This document shows, one piece after another, positions 10,126 through 19,700 of a DNA stretch of 31,977 bases (position 1 is the first letter of the stretch; each line of letters opens with the position of its first letter). Source of the stretch: Snowella sp. (GTDB lineage Bacteria > Cyanobacteriota > Cyanobacteriia > Cyanobacteriales > Microcystaceae); contig JAYKGY010000111.1 of the NCBI GenBank assembly GCA_035285545.1, forward strand, positions 1 to 31,977, written 5' to 3'. A program made the position numbers and the translations under genes. Under the pieces are notes generated by a model. The model saw only the letters and a list, made by a program, of their open reading frames with translations, had not been told where the DNA came from and made no database searches.

Positions 10126-10226
10126 GTTTTCAAGGTGCGAAACCAACCACTTGTTTTTTGTGCTTGGCAATCTAATTTTAATGTAAAGTCGTGCTAAAGC
10201 ACGAGGTTTTAAACCCATTTTTTCTG
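9878..10226 (-). mobile_element. Non-autonomous IS200/IS605-family element (no tnpA/tnpB ORF), 349 bp
   Basis: On the - strand the left end reads TTTAT|CAGAAAAAATGGGTTTAAAACCTCGTGC-TTTA-GCACGAC (subterminal hairpin). The right end reads GGAATCCTTCGGC-TTCA-GCCGAGGGAGGATGTCAA|, with the GAAT guide and TCAA cleavage site of the IS608 paradigm. No target duplication, and the empty site rebuilds the host ORF. Confidence 0.9.
10126..10180 (-). promoter_or_regulatory. Candidate -10 (TAAAAT) and boxA-like motif (GCACCTTGAAAAC) inside the IS605 element
   Basis: TAAAAT at 10180-10175 and GCACCTTGAAAAC at 10138-10126 on the - strand. The latter resembles the cyanobacterial rrn boxA (GAACCTTGAAAA). Confidence 0.45.
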
Positions 10227-10289
10227 ATAAACCATTAAGTATCGAAAGATTTTGGGATTGTCAACGCTATTTTTGATACGTTTTGCATT

Positions 10290-10526
10290 ATGGATGGAGA
10301 TTTTTGTCAGTCCGCCTTGGAGGAAGTTTTAGGGAATTAACAGCGTAAAAAATGGTTTTATTTCTACAATCAAGCAAAGTTTCATCAAGCCCCAGAATAT
10401 CAAACACCAGAGTACATTTATTGGAAAAATTTGAGGCGAGAGGAAGAAAAAATAGCAAGTTCCATTGCCCATTAATCTAGCACTGTAACTTCTCCCCCGG
10501 TTTGTCTAGCCATTGGAGTCACCTCA
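10290..10526 (+). pseudogene. IS3-family transposase relic (internally deleted) with right inverted repeat
   Basis: One frame (10290-10475) reads MDGDFCQSALEEVLGN*QRKKWFYFYNQAKFHQAPEYQTPEYIYW…*. This joins two IS3 integrase-core motifs ('m...fc..aLeeal' and 'w..fYN..r.Hq.l.Y.TP..vy'). It is followed by TGTCTAGCCATTGGAGTCACCTCA, ending in CA like IS3 termini. Confidence 0.75.
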
Positions 10527-10539
10527 AAAAATCCTCAGC

Positions 10540-11025
10540 TTAGGGATGATAGCCTTCATCCAATTTCAGATTTCTTTGTTTAGCCGCAGCTACTGCTAAG
10601 CGATCGCAGTTTTCATTTTCCGTATTGCCTGCATGGCCCCTGACCCACACGAATTTCACTTCATGTTGTTTACATAGGTCTAATAATCTTTCCCAGAGAT
10701 CGGGATTTTTGGCTTTTTCCTTAGCGTTACGTTTCCAATTGTTGGCTTGCCAGCGTTTAGCCCACCCCTTCGTCATCGCATCAACGAGATATTGGGAATC
10801 ACTGTAAAGGGTTACAGAACAAGGATTTTTTAAGGCTTCCAATCCCGCGATCGCGGCCATCATTTCCATCCGATTATTGGTGGTTAAGCGAAACCCTTCC
10901 GACAGTTCGCGGCGATGGTCGTTATATAACAAGATTGTCCCATAACCGCCTGGCCCAGGATTCCCTAAACAGGCTCCATCCGTATAAATGATGACAGGTT
11001 GTAGTGATTGTTTTGTAATCGTCAT
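10540..11025 (-). CDS. rnhA: Ribonuclease HI
   Basis: [32 protein letters not shown] and [16 protein letters not shown]. Confidence 0.97.
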   Translation of the reverse strand: MTITKQSLQPVIIYTDGACLGNPGPGGYGTILLYNDHRRELSEGFRLTTNNRMEMMAAIAGLEALKNPCSVTLYSDSQYLVDAMTKGWAKRWQANNWKRNAKEKAKNPDLWERLLDLCKQHEVKFVWVRGHAGNTENENCDRLAVAAAKQRNLKLDEGYHP

Positions 11026-11034
11026 GAAACAGTA

Positions 11035-12960
11035 TTAATTTCCTTGTTGAGCAAAATAAGCCGTTAATGCCTCATTAATAATCTGATTCATGGGTCGATT
11101 TTCGGTTAAAGACGCTTCTTTGAGTTGGACAAATAATTCGTCGGCTAGACTCACCCGATTTTGATTTTTGCGATCGCGAGAAGCTCGTTTCTTGCTGGGC
11201 AAGGGTTCATAATTGGCCGAAAATTGCCGTAACGCCTCAAAGCCCACTCGATGACAAAAATCACCAAAACTTTCTTGCGCTTTCCGGTCTTGTTTGAAAT
11301 AAACCAAAAGCGGTTCTAAAAAGCTTTCTAGATCACCAATGGCTAATTTATCTAAATACGCCTGGGCTAATCGGGTTTGATTCGGTGAGCCAGCTAGCCA
11401 AATTTGATAGGTATCAGGGGCACTTCCCACAAAACCTAATTCTGCCATATAGGGCCGAGCGCAACCATTGGGGCAACCCGTCATCCGTATCACAAAGGAT
11501 TCCTTCCCTAAGCCCACTTTTTTCAAAATAGCTCGAATTCGTTGATTAATCTCTGGTAAAGCCCGTTCTGATTCCGTTACCGCTAACCCACAGGTCGGTA
11601 ATGCCGGACAAGCCATCGAATATCGGACTAAATCATCAATTTTATTCGGATTAGTAACGACGTGATGTTCCTGAAAAATCGTCTCAATCTTGGCTTTGAG
11701 AGAAGGTTCGATCTCGTAGAGTAAAAGATTATGGTTAGGGGTTAAACAAATCGGCAATTGGAATTGCTCAACAATTTGGCGTAAGGCTTTTTTAAGTTGA
11801 AATGTATCGTTATCCAATACCCGACCATTTTCAATTGACAAACCAAAAAACAATTTACCATCTCCCTGTTCATGCCATCCCAAGTAGTCTTCGTATTTCC
11901 ACTCAGGTAAGGTTTTAAAGGGTTCAAAAGGCTTTCCTAAATAGCTTTCAACTTGTTTGCGAAACTTCTCTACGCCCCAATCTTCTAATAAATATTTCAT
12001 TCGCGCATGACGACGGTTAACGCGATCGCCGTAGTCCCGTTGAGTAGCCACAATAGCTTTTACCGCATCATAAACATCGTCTTTAGCCACATACCCGATG
12101 GGATCGGCAGCACGAGGAAAGGTTTCTTCCTTGTTATGAGTCCGCCCTAAGCCCCCACCCGCGAGGATATTAAAGCCTTCTAATTCGCCTTGATCATTCG
12201 TAATCACCACCAAGCTGACATCATGGGTCAAAACATCAATGGAGTTATCCCCAGGCACGGTAACGCTAATCTTAAACTTACGGGGCATGTAGTGTTCCCC
12301 ATAGATCGGCTCTACTGAATTCGTTGTATTAACGCCATTTAAGTTCCGTTGTCGGGCGGCTTTGACTTCTGGGGCTTCTTCGGCACTAATGGCCTTTTCC
12401 CCATCTAACCAAATTTCGTAATAGGCTCCCGTTTGAGGACTCAGTAAATCCGCAATGCGGTGGGCATACTCCCAGGCGTAACCATATTCCGGTCGATTCC
12501 GAAACGGGGCAGGAGGAGCCATGACGTTACGATTAATATCCCCGCAAGCTCCGAGCGTCGATCCCATATTTTTAACAATGGTCGCGATCGCGGTTTTGAG
12601 ATTCTTTTTGAGAATGCCGTGGAGTTGGAAGCCTTGGCGAGTCGTTGCCCGTAAGGTGCCATTGCCGTATTGATCCGCTAGATCATCTAGGGCTAAATAC
12701 AGTTGAGGCGGAATATACCCCCCAGGGCTACGGGTGCGTAGCATCATTTGGTAATCCTTTTCCTGACCCTTGACCCGATTATCCCGATTATCTTGCTGAT
12801 AGGAGCCATGAAACTTGAGGATTTGGATGGCATCCTCGGTAAAATGTGTCGTGTCTTCTAATATTTGGGTTGCAACAGGTTCTCGAAGATAATTACTGCG
12901 ATCCTTAATCTCTTCTACTTTAGAAACTTTAGTCGTCGGGACAGTCGGGGTTGTTACCAT
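11035..12960 (-). CDS. sir: Ferredoxin-dependent sulfite reductase (siroheme)
   Basis: [37 protein letters not shown], and the siroheme/4Fe-4S ligands [11 protein letters not shown] and [10 protein letters not shown]. Confidence 0.96.
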   Translation of the reverse strand: MVTTPTVPTTKVSKVEEIKDRSNYLREPVATQILEDTTHFTEDAIQILKFHGSYQQDNRDNRVKGQEKDYQMMLRTRSPGGYIPPQLYLALDDLADQYGNGTLRATTRQGFQLHGILKKNLKTAIATIVKNMGSTLGACGDINRNVMAPPAPFRNRPEYGYAWEYAHRIADLLSPQTGAYYEIWLDGEKAISAEEAPEVKAARQRNLNGVNTTNSVEPIYGEHYMPRKFKISVTVPGDNSIDVLTHDVSLVVITNDQGELEGFNILAGGGLGRTHNKEETFPRAADPIGYVAKDDVYDAVKAIVATQRDYGDRVNRRHARMKYLLEDWGVEKFRKQVESYLGKPFEPFKTLPEWKYEDYLGWHEQGDGKLFFGLSIENGRVLDNDTFQLKKALRQIVEQFQLPICLTPNHNLLLYEIEPSLKAKIETIFQEHHVVTNPNKIDDLVRYSMACPALPTCGLAVTESERALPEINQRIRAILKKVGLGKESFVIRMTGCPNGCARPYMAELGFVGSAPDTYQIWLAGSPNQTRLAQAYLDKLAIGDLESFLEPLLVYFKQDRKAQESFGDFCHRVGFEALRQFSANYEPLPSKKRASRDRKNQNRVSLADELFVQLKEASLTENRPMNQIINEALTAYFAQQGN

Positions 12961-13091
12961 TGGAATGACAGATCGAACGTTTTATAAATACGCAAAGGCG
13001 GCTAGCAATGGAGTCGCGTTTCCCATTGTAACGTTATTCCCCCACGACATTTCTTTAAATATTCTGAGAATGGTAGCGATCGCAACCCAAA

Positions 13092-13811
13092 CTAATAGGC
13101 AATTTGTAGGGTGACTGAGGCTCTAACCGTTTGTTCTCCGCCGATCACAGGGGTTGGTGGCGCAGCGGCGGCTCTCATCGCGTAATCAGCTTGAATTTTA
13201 GGCACAATCGGAGGTGTTGCCCCATTCACTCGAACGCTGACAATTTCTTTCGCTTGAACATTAAGGGCTTGAAAAACTGCCTCTGCTTGGGATTGGGCTT
13301 CTAGGGTTGCTTTCTTTAAAGCTGCTTTTTGAGCTATTTCAATCGCCTGATCACTGGCCAAAAAACTAATTCCATTAATACGGGTTGCTCCAGCTTTAAC
13401 CGCTTCATCTAATAGTAATCCCACTTTTTCTGTCGTTGCCCGAAAACTAACCGTATTGGTTGCAATATAACCCAGTAATTTTCGTTGGTTATTGCTGTAA
13501 TCGTAGTTGGGCTGCAATTGAATTCCTACGGTTTGAAGTCGCTCGACTTGACGCGATCGCAAGAAGTCAACAACCGCTGCCGTCTGTTTCGCCGCAGTAT
13601 TTTGAGCCGCATCGGCAGAGCGAGCAGAGACTTCTACGCCTAACTGAACTTCTGTCAAGCTAGTGGCGATATTTTCGACTCCTTCTCCAGTCACCGTTAA
13701 CGTGCGTAACACTTTTTCCTGAGTTTGGGCATGAACGGGGGCGATGGTACTTAGCATAATAAGGCCGACAGTAAGCAGTCGGAAAGGGGAACGGGAATAG
13801 GTAGGTTGCAT
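13092..13811 (-). CDS. SIMPL (DUF541 / YggE-like) periplasmic protein
   Basis: Signal peptide (…APVHA|QT), TLTVTGEG, LQPNYDY…GYIATNTV, AGATRINGISF and GEQTVRASV. Confidence 0.9.
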   Translation of the reverse strand: MQPTYSRSPFRLLTVGLIMLSTIAPVHAQTQEKVLRTLTVTGEGVENIATSLTEVQLGVEVSARSADAAQNTAAKQTAAVVDFLRSRQVERLQTVGIQLQPNYDYSNNQRKLLGYIATNTVSFRATTEKVGLLLDEAVKAGATRINGISFLASDQAIEIAQKAALKKATLEAQSQAEAVFQALNVQAKEIVSVRVNGATPPIVPKIQADYAMRAAAAPPTPVIGGEQTVRASVTLQIAY

Positions 13812-13992
13812 AGATTTTAAGATATATTAACCAAAAAAAATTTATTTTGATCGTAAACTAAAAAAATTATCTGTAGAAGCAAATTATGCCTCTTTATTTA
13901 CTGTTCCGCTAGTTTTGATTTTTTGTAGACTGTAAAGTAGCACTTTCGACTCCTTATCTAAATCTCCCTCGTTTATATTTCTACCAATTCCT

Positions 13993-15681
13993 ATGACTGC
14001 CCCTGCTTTTGATTTTAGCCATTATTTCATCTATTCAGAAATTGTTGCATTTCTTGAAAAAATGGCGGCTGCCTATCCGCAGTTAATCCAGTTACAAGTT
14101 ATTGGGAAAAGCTATGCGGGAAAAGATATTTGGATTGCCATTTTAACGCATCAAAAAACAGGCAATTATTTAGAAAAACCTGGTTATTGGGTGGATGCGA
14201 ATACTCACGCCGGTGAGGTCACAGGGTCAGCGGTTGCCCTCTATTTACTCCATAAGTTATTAACCCAGTATGGGCAGGATTCCCAAATTACTCGATTGCT
14301 GGATAATTACACGGTTTATATTCTTCCCCGTTTAGCGATCGATGGTGCCGAAAAGTATTTGACTACGCCCTACCGTCTGCGATCGAGTATTCGCCCCTAT
14401 CCTTACCCCGAAGAGCAGGACGGCTTGCATCGGGAGGATATAAATGGAGATGGATTAATTTTGCAAATGCGAATTCAAGATGACTGTGGAGCTTGGAAAA
14501 TCTCTGAGCAAGACCCTCGCTTAATGGTTCGGCGGGAACCCGAAGAGTTTGGCGGAATTTACTATACCTTGCTGCCGGAAGGTCACGTTATCAATTACGA
14601 TGGCTACGAATTTAAACTCGCGCCCTCATTGGAAGGGATGGATTTTAACCGTAATTATCCCCATCTCTGGGTTCCTGAAGGGCAACAGGCAGGAGCAGGA
14701 GATTTTCCTTTTTCGGAACCAGAAACCCGTGCCGAAGCAGAGTTTTGGCAAAAGAATCGCAATATTAATGGTTTTATTAGCTATCACACCTATTCCGCCG
14801 TGATCCTCCGTCCCTACAGTACCCATCCTGATGAATATTTTCCCGTTGAGGATTTGGAAACCTATAAACTGATTGGGGAGAAGGGCGAAGCGTTAACGGG
14901 TTACAAGTGTATTTCGGCCTACCATGATTTCCGTTACCATCCCAAGGAAATTACGACAGGGGTGATGGATGACTTTGGTTATGACCATTATGGTTGGTAT
15001 GGTTTTACGATTGAACTGTGGGATGCGCCAACGCAAGCCGGAGTGAAAAAAGAGGATTACATTCGTTGGTTTAGTTGGCATCCGCCCGAAGATGATTTAT
15101 TGCTGATGAAATGGAACGATGAGAAATTAGGGGGAACGGGATTTATTCATTGGCAGCCCTTTGACCATCCGCAATTGGGACAGGTAGAAATTGGGGGCTG
15201 GGATGAAAAAGCGGTTTGGCAAAATGCACCGGCTCAGTATTTACCGGAAATTTGTGAAAAGCAAGCGAATTTTGCGATCGCCCATGCCTTGATGTCGCCC
15301 CGTTTAGCGATCGCCCGAACCGATGTTAGTTATCAAGGAGCCGATATTTACCATGTGGTTATTCAGATAGAAAACCAGGGATTTTTACCGACCTATACCA
15401 GTAAAAAAAGTTTGGAACAGAAAGCAGTCCGACCGATTGAAGTGATCCTGTCTTTCCCTGAAGGGGTAAAACTGATTAGTGGCAAACAGGAACAGGAAAT
15501 TGAACATTTAGAAGGCCGCTCCAATAAAGCCTTTTTCTCCTTTATTTCCAATGCAGGGGGAATGGATTATCGTCGCCATTTAGAATGGGTCATCAAGGGC
15601 CCAGAGAATAGCGAAATTGAAATTACTATCTATTCTGAACGCTCAGGCACTCTTCGGACGAAAGTTTCTCTCAATACTTAA
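13993..15681 (+). CDS. M14 family zinc carboxypeptidase
   Basis: IGKSY.G, HxxE (THAGE), DFNRNYP, PFSEPET and third ligand SYHTY, plus a DINGDG Ca-binding-like loop. No signal peptide. Confidence 0.9.
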   Translation: MTAPAFDFSHYFIYSEIVAFLEKMAAAYPQLIQLQVIGKSYAGKDIWIAILTHQKTGNYLEKPGYWVDANTHAGEVTGSAVALYLLHKLLTQYGQDSQITRLLDNYTVYILPRLAIDGAEKYLTTPYRLRSSIRPYPYPEEQDGLHREDINGDGLILQMRIQDDCGAWKISEQDPRLMVRREPEEFGGIYYTLLPEGHVINYDGYEFKLAPSLEGMDFNRNYPHLWVPEGQQAGAGDFPFSEPETRAEAEFWQKNRNINGFISYHTYSAVILRPYSTHPDEYFPVEDLETYKLIGEKGEALTGYKCISAYHDFRYHPKEITTGVMDDFGYDHYGWYGFTIELWDAPTQAGVKKEDYIRWFSWHPPEDDLLLMKWNDEKLGGTGFIHWQPFDHPQLGQVEIGGWDEKAVWQNAPAQYLPEICEKQANFAIAHALMSPRLAIARTDVSYQGADIYHVVIQIENQGFLPTYTSKKSLEQKAVRPIEVILSFPEGVKLISGKQEQEIEHLEGRSNKAFFSFISNAGGMDYRRHLEWVIKGPENSEIEITIYSERSGTLRTKVSLNT

Positions 15682-15686
15682 CTATC

Positions 15687-16175
15687 ATGCAATACCGAAT
15701 CCTGAAGCTATTTTTCTTCCTGTTGATTGTTGTTGTGATGCCGTTTTGGGATATCAGCGCGATCGCTTGGGCAAAAACCGTTGACTTTCAATGGGTAGGA
15801 GAACAGGGCTATTCTGTGCAGGGAAGTTTAACCTACTCAGAAGATAAGATGTCGTTAAAGCGAATTGAAGAAGGACAAGAAGACTTTTATCGTATTGAAA
15901 ATTTAATCGTTTCTTTTTACGAGCCGTCAGGTAAAAAAATTAAAACCTATGAAAACATTAAAAACCATATTTCTTCTAATCCTTATTTTCAGTTAAATTT
16001 TGATCCTGAAAAAGAAACAATTGATGGATTCATTGATCTCGGTGGAGACTCAGCCGGTGAAATTTATTTAAAAGGAAGTGTGGATAAAAACTTGGCTTTA
16101 TTTAAGATTGACTCATCAGGAAATGAACGCATTTATGATCAAAACTTAGGGCAATTTTATCAAGTTCAATTCTAA
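15687..16175 (+). CDS. Hypothetical secreted beta-rich protein
   Basis: Signal peptide ending AWA; starts 5 nt after the M14 peptidase stop. Confidence 0.7.
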   Translation: MQYRILKLFFFLLIVVVMPFWDISAIAWAKTVDFQWVGEQGYSVQGSLTYSEDKMSLKRIEEGQEDFYRIENLIVSFYEPSGKKIKTYENIKNHISSNPYFQLNFDPEKETIDGFIDLGGDSAGEIYLKGSVDKNLALFKIDSSGNERIYDQNLGQFYQVQF

Positions 16176-16347
16176 ATCTACTGTAAATAAGTAATAAGGA
16201 AGCTTTACGCTGCTTAGGAGATTATGATAGATTGATGCCATTGTTAATAGTTTAAACTCATACCTTCAAACAATATTGGGTTAACACTGCTTTCATCAGT
16301 AGCAAGCTTGACCGCCTAATTCACCCTCAATAAAGGCTAAAAAAATA

Positions 16348-16557
16348 ATGAAAATCTGGGTAAATGAACAAGTCGATCCCTCTGGAATTGTCTATTCTTG
16401 CATTGCCTGTCTAGATGAACAATCAGCCAAGGATTGCCATGAGACTTGGTTAGACAATTTGACGGAACAGCAAAAAAATGAGGGATGGTCAGCCCAATTG
16501 AGAACGGTAGAATCTTGGGATCAAGTTCCGGTTAACGCACTTAAATTAAGCTATTAA
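16348..16557 (+). CDS. Small conserved cyanobacterial protein (69 aa, function unknown)
   Basis: MKIWVNEQVDPSGIVYSCIAC…W…GW.A.LR.VESW.QVPVNALKL is recognised from memory as a conserved small cyanobacterial family. Confidence 0.75.
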   Translation: MKIWVNEQVDPSGIVYSCIACLDEQSAKDCHETWLDNLTEQQKNEGWSAQLRTVESWDQVPVNALKLSY

Positions 16558-16598
16558 TTGCGACGAGTAATCATTCATGAAGAATAATTTTGATTTCT

Positions 16599-16714
16599 TT
16601 AAGACTAGATTTGAAAAGTCCCCTTACCCCTCAATGTTGGAGGAAAAGTTTTTCAAAGTTCTCCAGTATTGGTGGATTTAGGGGGAAAAATAAAACTTTG
16701 CAAACAGGTCTTAA
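16599..16714. mobile_element. MITE-like palindromic element between convergent genes
   Basis: Outer imperfect IRs TTAAGACTAGATTTGAAAAGT / ACTTTGCAAACAGGTCTTAA. Inner IRs TCCCCTTACCCCTCAATGTTGGAGGAA / TTCTCCAGTATTGGTGGATTTAGGGGGA. Confidence 0.65.
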
Positions 16715-16716
16715 TT

Positions 16717-19700
16717 TTAGATGGATAGCGTGGAAGGGATTAAAACCTGACAATTGGGTGAGAGGAAATAGGTTTCAATTTCAGTAGCAGTTAAAGGTTT
16801 GGAAAAAAGATAGCCTTGTCCAAATTCGCACCCTAACTGTTTTAACCATTGGAGTTGTTGATAGGTTTCAATTCCTTCTCCGACAACGGCTAATCCTAAT
16901 TGATTACTCAACGCAATAATGGTACTAACCACCTGATAGTTACGGTTTCCTTCTTGCATTTGACTTACAAAGGAACGGTCAATTTTTAAATTATCAGCCG
17001 GTAAACGATGGAGATAGTTTAAGGAAGAGTAGCCCGTCCCAAAATCATCAATACTAATTTGAATATTGCGCGCTTTGAGTTGTTCTAAAATCTGAATGCT
17101 TTTATTGATATTTTCTATCAGCATACTTTCGGTAATTTCTAAGGTAATGGCTTCTCCCGTTAATCCTGTGCAATTTAAAATTGTATCGATATCTTGAATA
17201 AGACTTGTTTTTTGCAGGTGATGGGCTGAAAGATTCAGGCTCACTTTCAACGGAAAACGACAACTAAAATGGTCTTTCCATTGGGCAATTTGTTGGCAAG
17301 CAGATTCGATGACCCAACAATCGATTCCAATCACTAAGCCTGTCTCTTCTGCAATCGGCATAAAGTGATTAGGGGAAAGCAAACCGCGTTCTGGGTGTTG
17401 CCAACGAATTAAGGCTTCAAATCCAACTAAGCGATCGCTGACGATATCCATAATGGGTTGATAATAAACCACAAATTCATCACGGTCTAAGGCTTTACGC
17501 AGTGAAGTTTCCAAATTCAAACGGCTTAAGGCTTGAATATGCATCTGGTTATCAAAAATCCGATAGTTATTTCCCCCTGGTATCTTGGCTTTATACATAG
17601 CAATATCCGCATCTCGTAGGAGATCAGAAGCTTTTTCATAATCTTGAGACGCTACTACCAAACCGATACTGGTATTAATAGACATTTCATAATCGCCCAC
17701 CATAAAAGGCAATTGGCAATCATTCAAAATTCGTTCTGCGACCTGGGATGCTTGTTTCGTATTGGCAATATCTTCCAATAAAATGACAAATTCATCTCCG
17801 CCTAAGCGAGCGACTAAATCCGTTTCTCGGAGATAGCTTTTGAGTTTATTGGCAACATGAATGAGTAATTGATCACCCACTAAATGGCCGAGACTGTCAT
17901 TAATAATTTTGAAGCGGTCTAGATCTAAAAATAACAGCGCGAAATTGTAATTTTTTACTCTTTTAGCTCGCTTAAGGGCTAATTCAATTCGTTCCATCAA
18001 TAGGGTACGATTTGGTAAGTTCGTGAGGGGATCATGGAGGGCATTGTGGTGGATGAGTTCCTGGGCTTGTTTTTGGGCACTAATATCTTCAATGACTTCA
18101 ACCAATAATGTCGGTTTATTTGGCTCGCTAGCAATCTTAGAAGCCGTTACCCTTACCCACAGAGAACTGCCATCCCGACGGTAATAGGGTTTTTCAATCT
18201 GAAAGCTGGCTTGTTTTCCTTGAATGACGGATTGAAACAGGTTCCAATTTTTAGTTTGATAATCTAGGGGAGTCAATTCTAAAAAGTTTTTGGTTTTGAG
18301 TTCTTGGCTTGAATAGCCCACCATTTTTTGATAGGCCGTATTCGCTCGAATAAAATAGCCATTGGTATCGACGACCACAATGCCAACGGCCGAGCCTTCA
18401 AACATGGCACTTAAAAGCGATTCGCTTTCCCGTAAGCGTTGTTCACTTTCTTTTAAGCGTTCTTCTGTCTGTTTTTGTTCTGTGATATTAATGCCTACAC
18501 TTAAAACTGCACGGATATTTTCTCGCGGAACTGTGATGGGGTATTTTTGCCACTGCCACCAGTTTTCTTCCCCTGACGGATTAATGGTTTTTTCGGCGGG
18601 AATTATCTGTTCGCGATCGCAGCGAATGACGGTTTCATTGATCTGTTGAATCGTGTCAAGGGTTTCGGGTAATTCTAAATCCGTTAGGGTTTTTGAGAGT
18701 AAATCCTCGACTGGTAATTGATAATATTGGGCACTGGCTTGATTGGCTAAGAGATAATTCCCGGCTTGATCGTTGACAAAAATTCGATTTTGGGAAGTAT
18801 CGATCACCGTCCGCAAAAAGTTTTCCTGTTGTTCGAGTTCACGTTCTGCCTGCTTGCGTTCAGTAATATCTTCGGTAATGTTTCCGGTGCGATAAATTTC
18901 ACCCGCCATATTTCTAATGGGAAAACACCGTCCCCAAATCCAGCGGATTTCGCCATCGGGACGAATAATACGATACTCTTCGTTAAAGATTCCCTGTTTT
19001 TTGCCAATTAGATAGGCTTGGATTACACGATCGCGGTCATCGGGATGGACAGCATTCAGCCAAACAGCGGGATTGTTATAAAAATCCTCACAGCTTTGCC
19101 CGAAAATTTTTTCATAGGCAGGGCTGACATAAAGCACTCGATTTTCAACTTTCTCCCTATCAAAAATTATGACAACCCCCTGATGATTATCTGCAAATTG
19201 CCGAAAAATTTCATGACTTTCTCGCAGTTCCAGGGTACGTTCTTCAACTAACTGTTCTAATTGACTATTGCGATTTTGTAAAAGCTGTAAATTTTCGGTT
19301 TTTAATTGGGATAATTTTTGCTCTAACGTATTCACTAACTGATAAATTTCTAAGGGATCAAGGGCATTTAACAAGGTTGTTTGGGTAACAATGCCCTGTA
19401 ATCGTCCCTGTTCATCTGCCACCACTAAACGATTAATTTGGCGTTCCTGCATCACGTTATGGGTCGCCCAGAGAGAAATTTCGGGATTAACCGAGAAGAC
19501 AGGGCTACTCATGACGGTTTGAGCATCAATTCTGGAAAAATCCAAATCTAAGTTTAAAAACTGGACAATATCTCGCTCTGTAATAATACCAATGGGATAG
19601 AATGCCCCATCTTCCTTTTGGTGGGCGATAACGACAGAACTGACCCGATTTTGGGACATTAATTCAGTCAATTCTAAAATTGACGCAGTGGGCGGGCTAC

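Noticed and set aside
9878..10226. Element as an IStron (group I intron fusion) or HEARO/IscB RNA
   Set aside because: It is too short for a group I core plus both ends, and I saw no P7-type motifs. GTCAA lies at the 3' end after the hairpin (TnpB layout), not at the 5' start as in IscB/HEARO.
16590..16787. 65-aa plus-strand ORF
   Set aside because: Reads through the palindromic repeat and antisense into the EAL gene.
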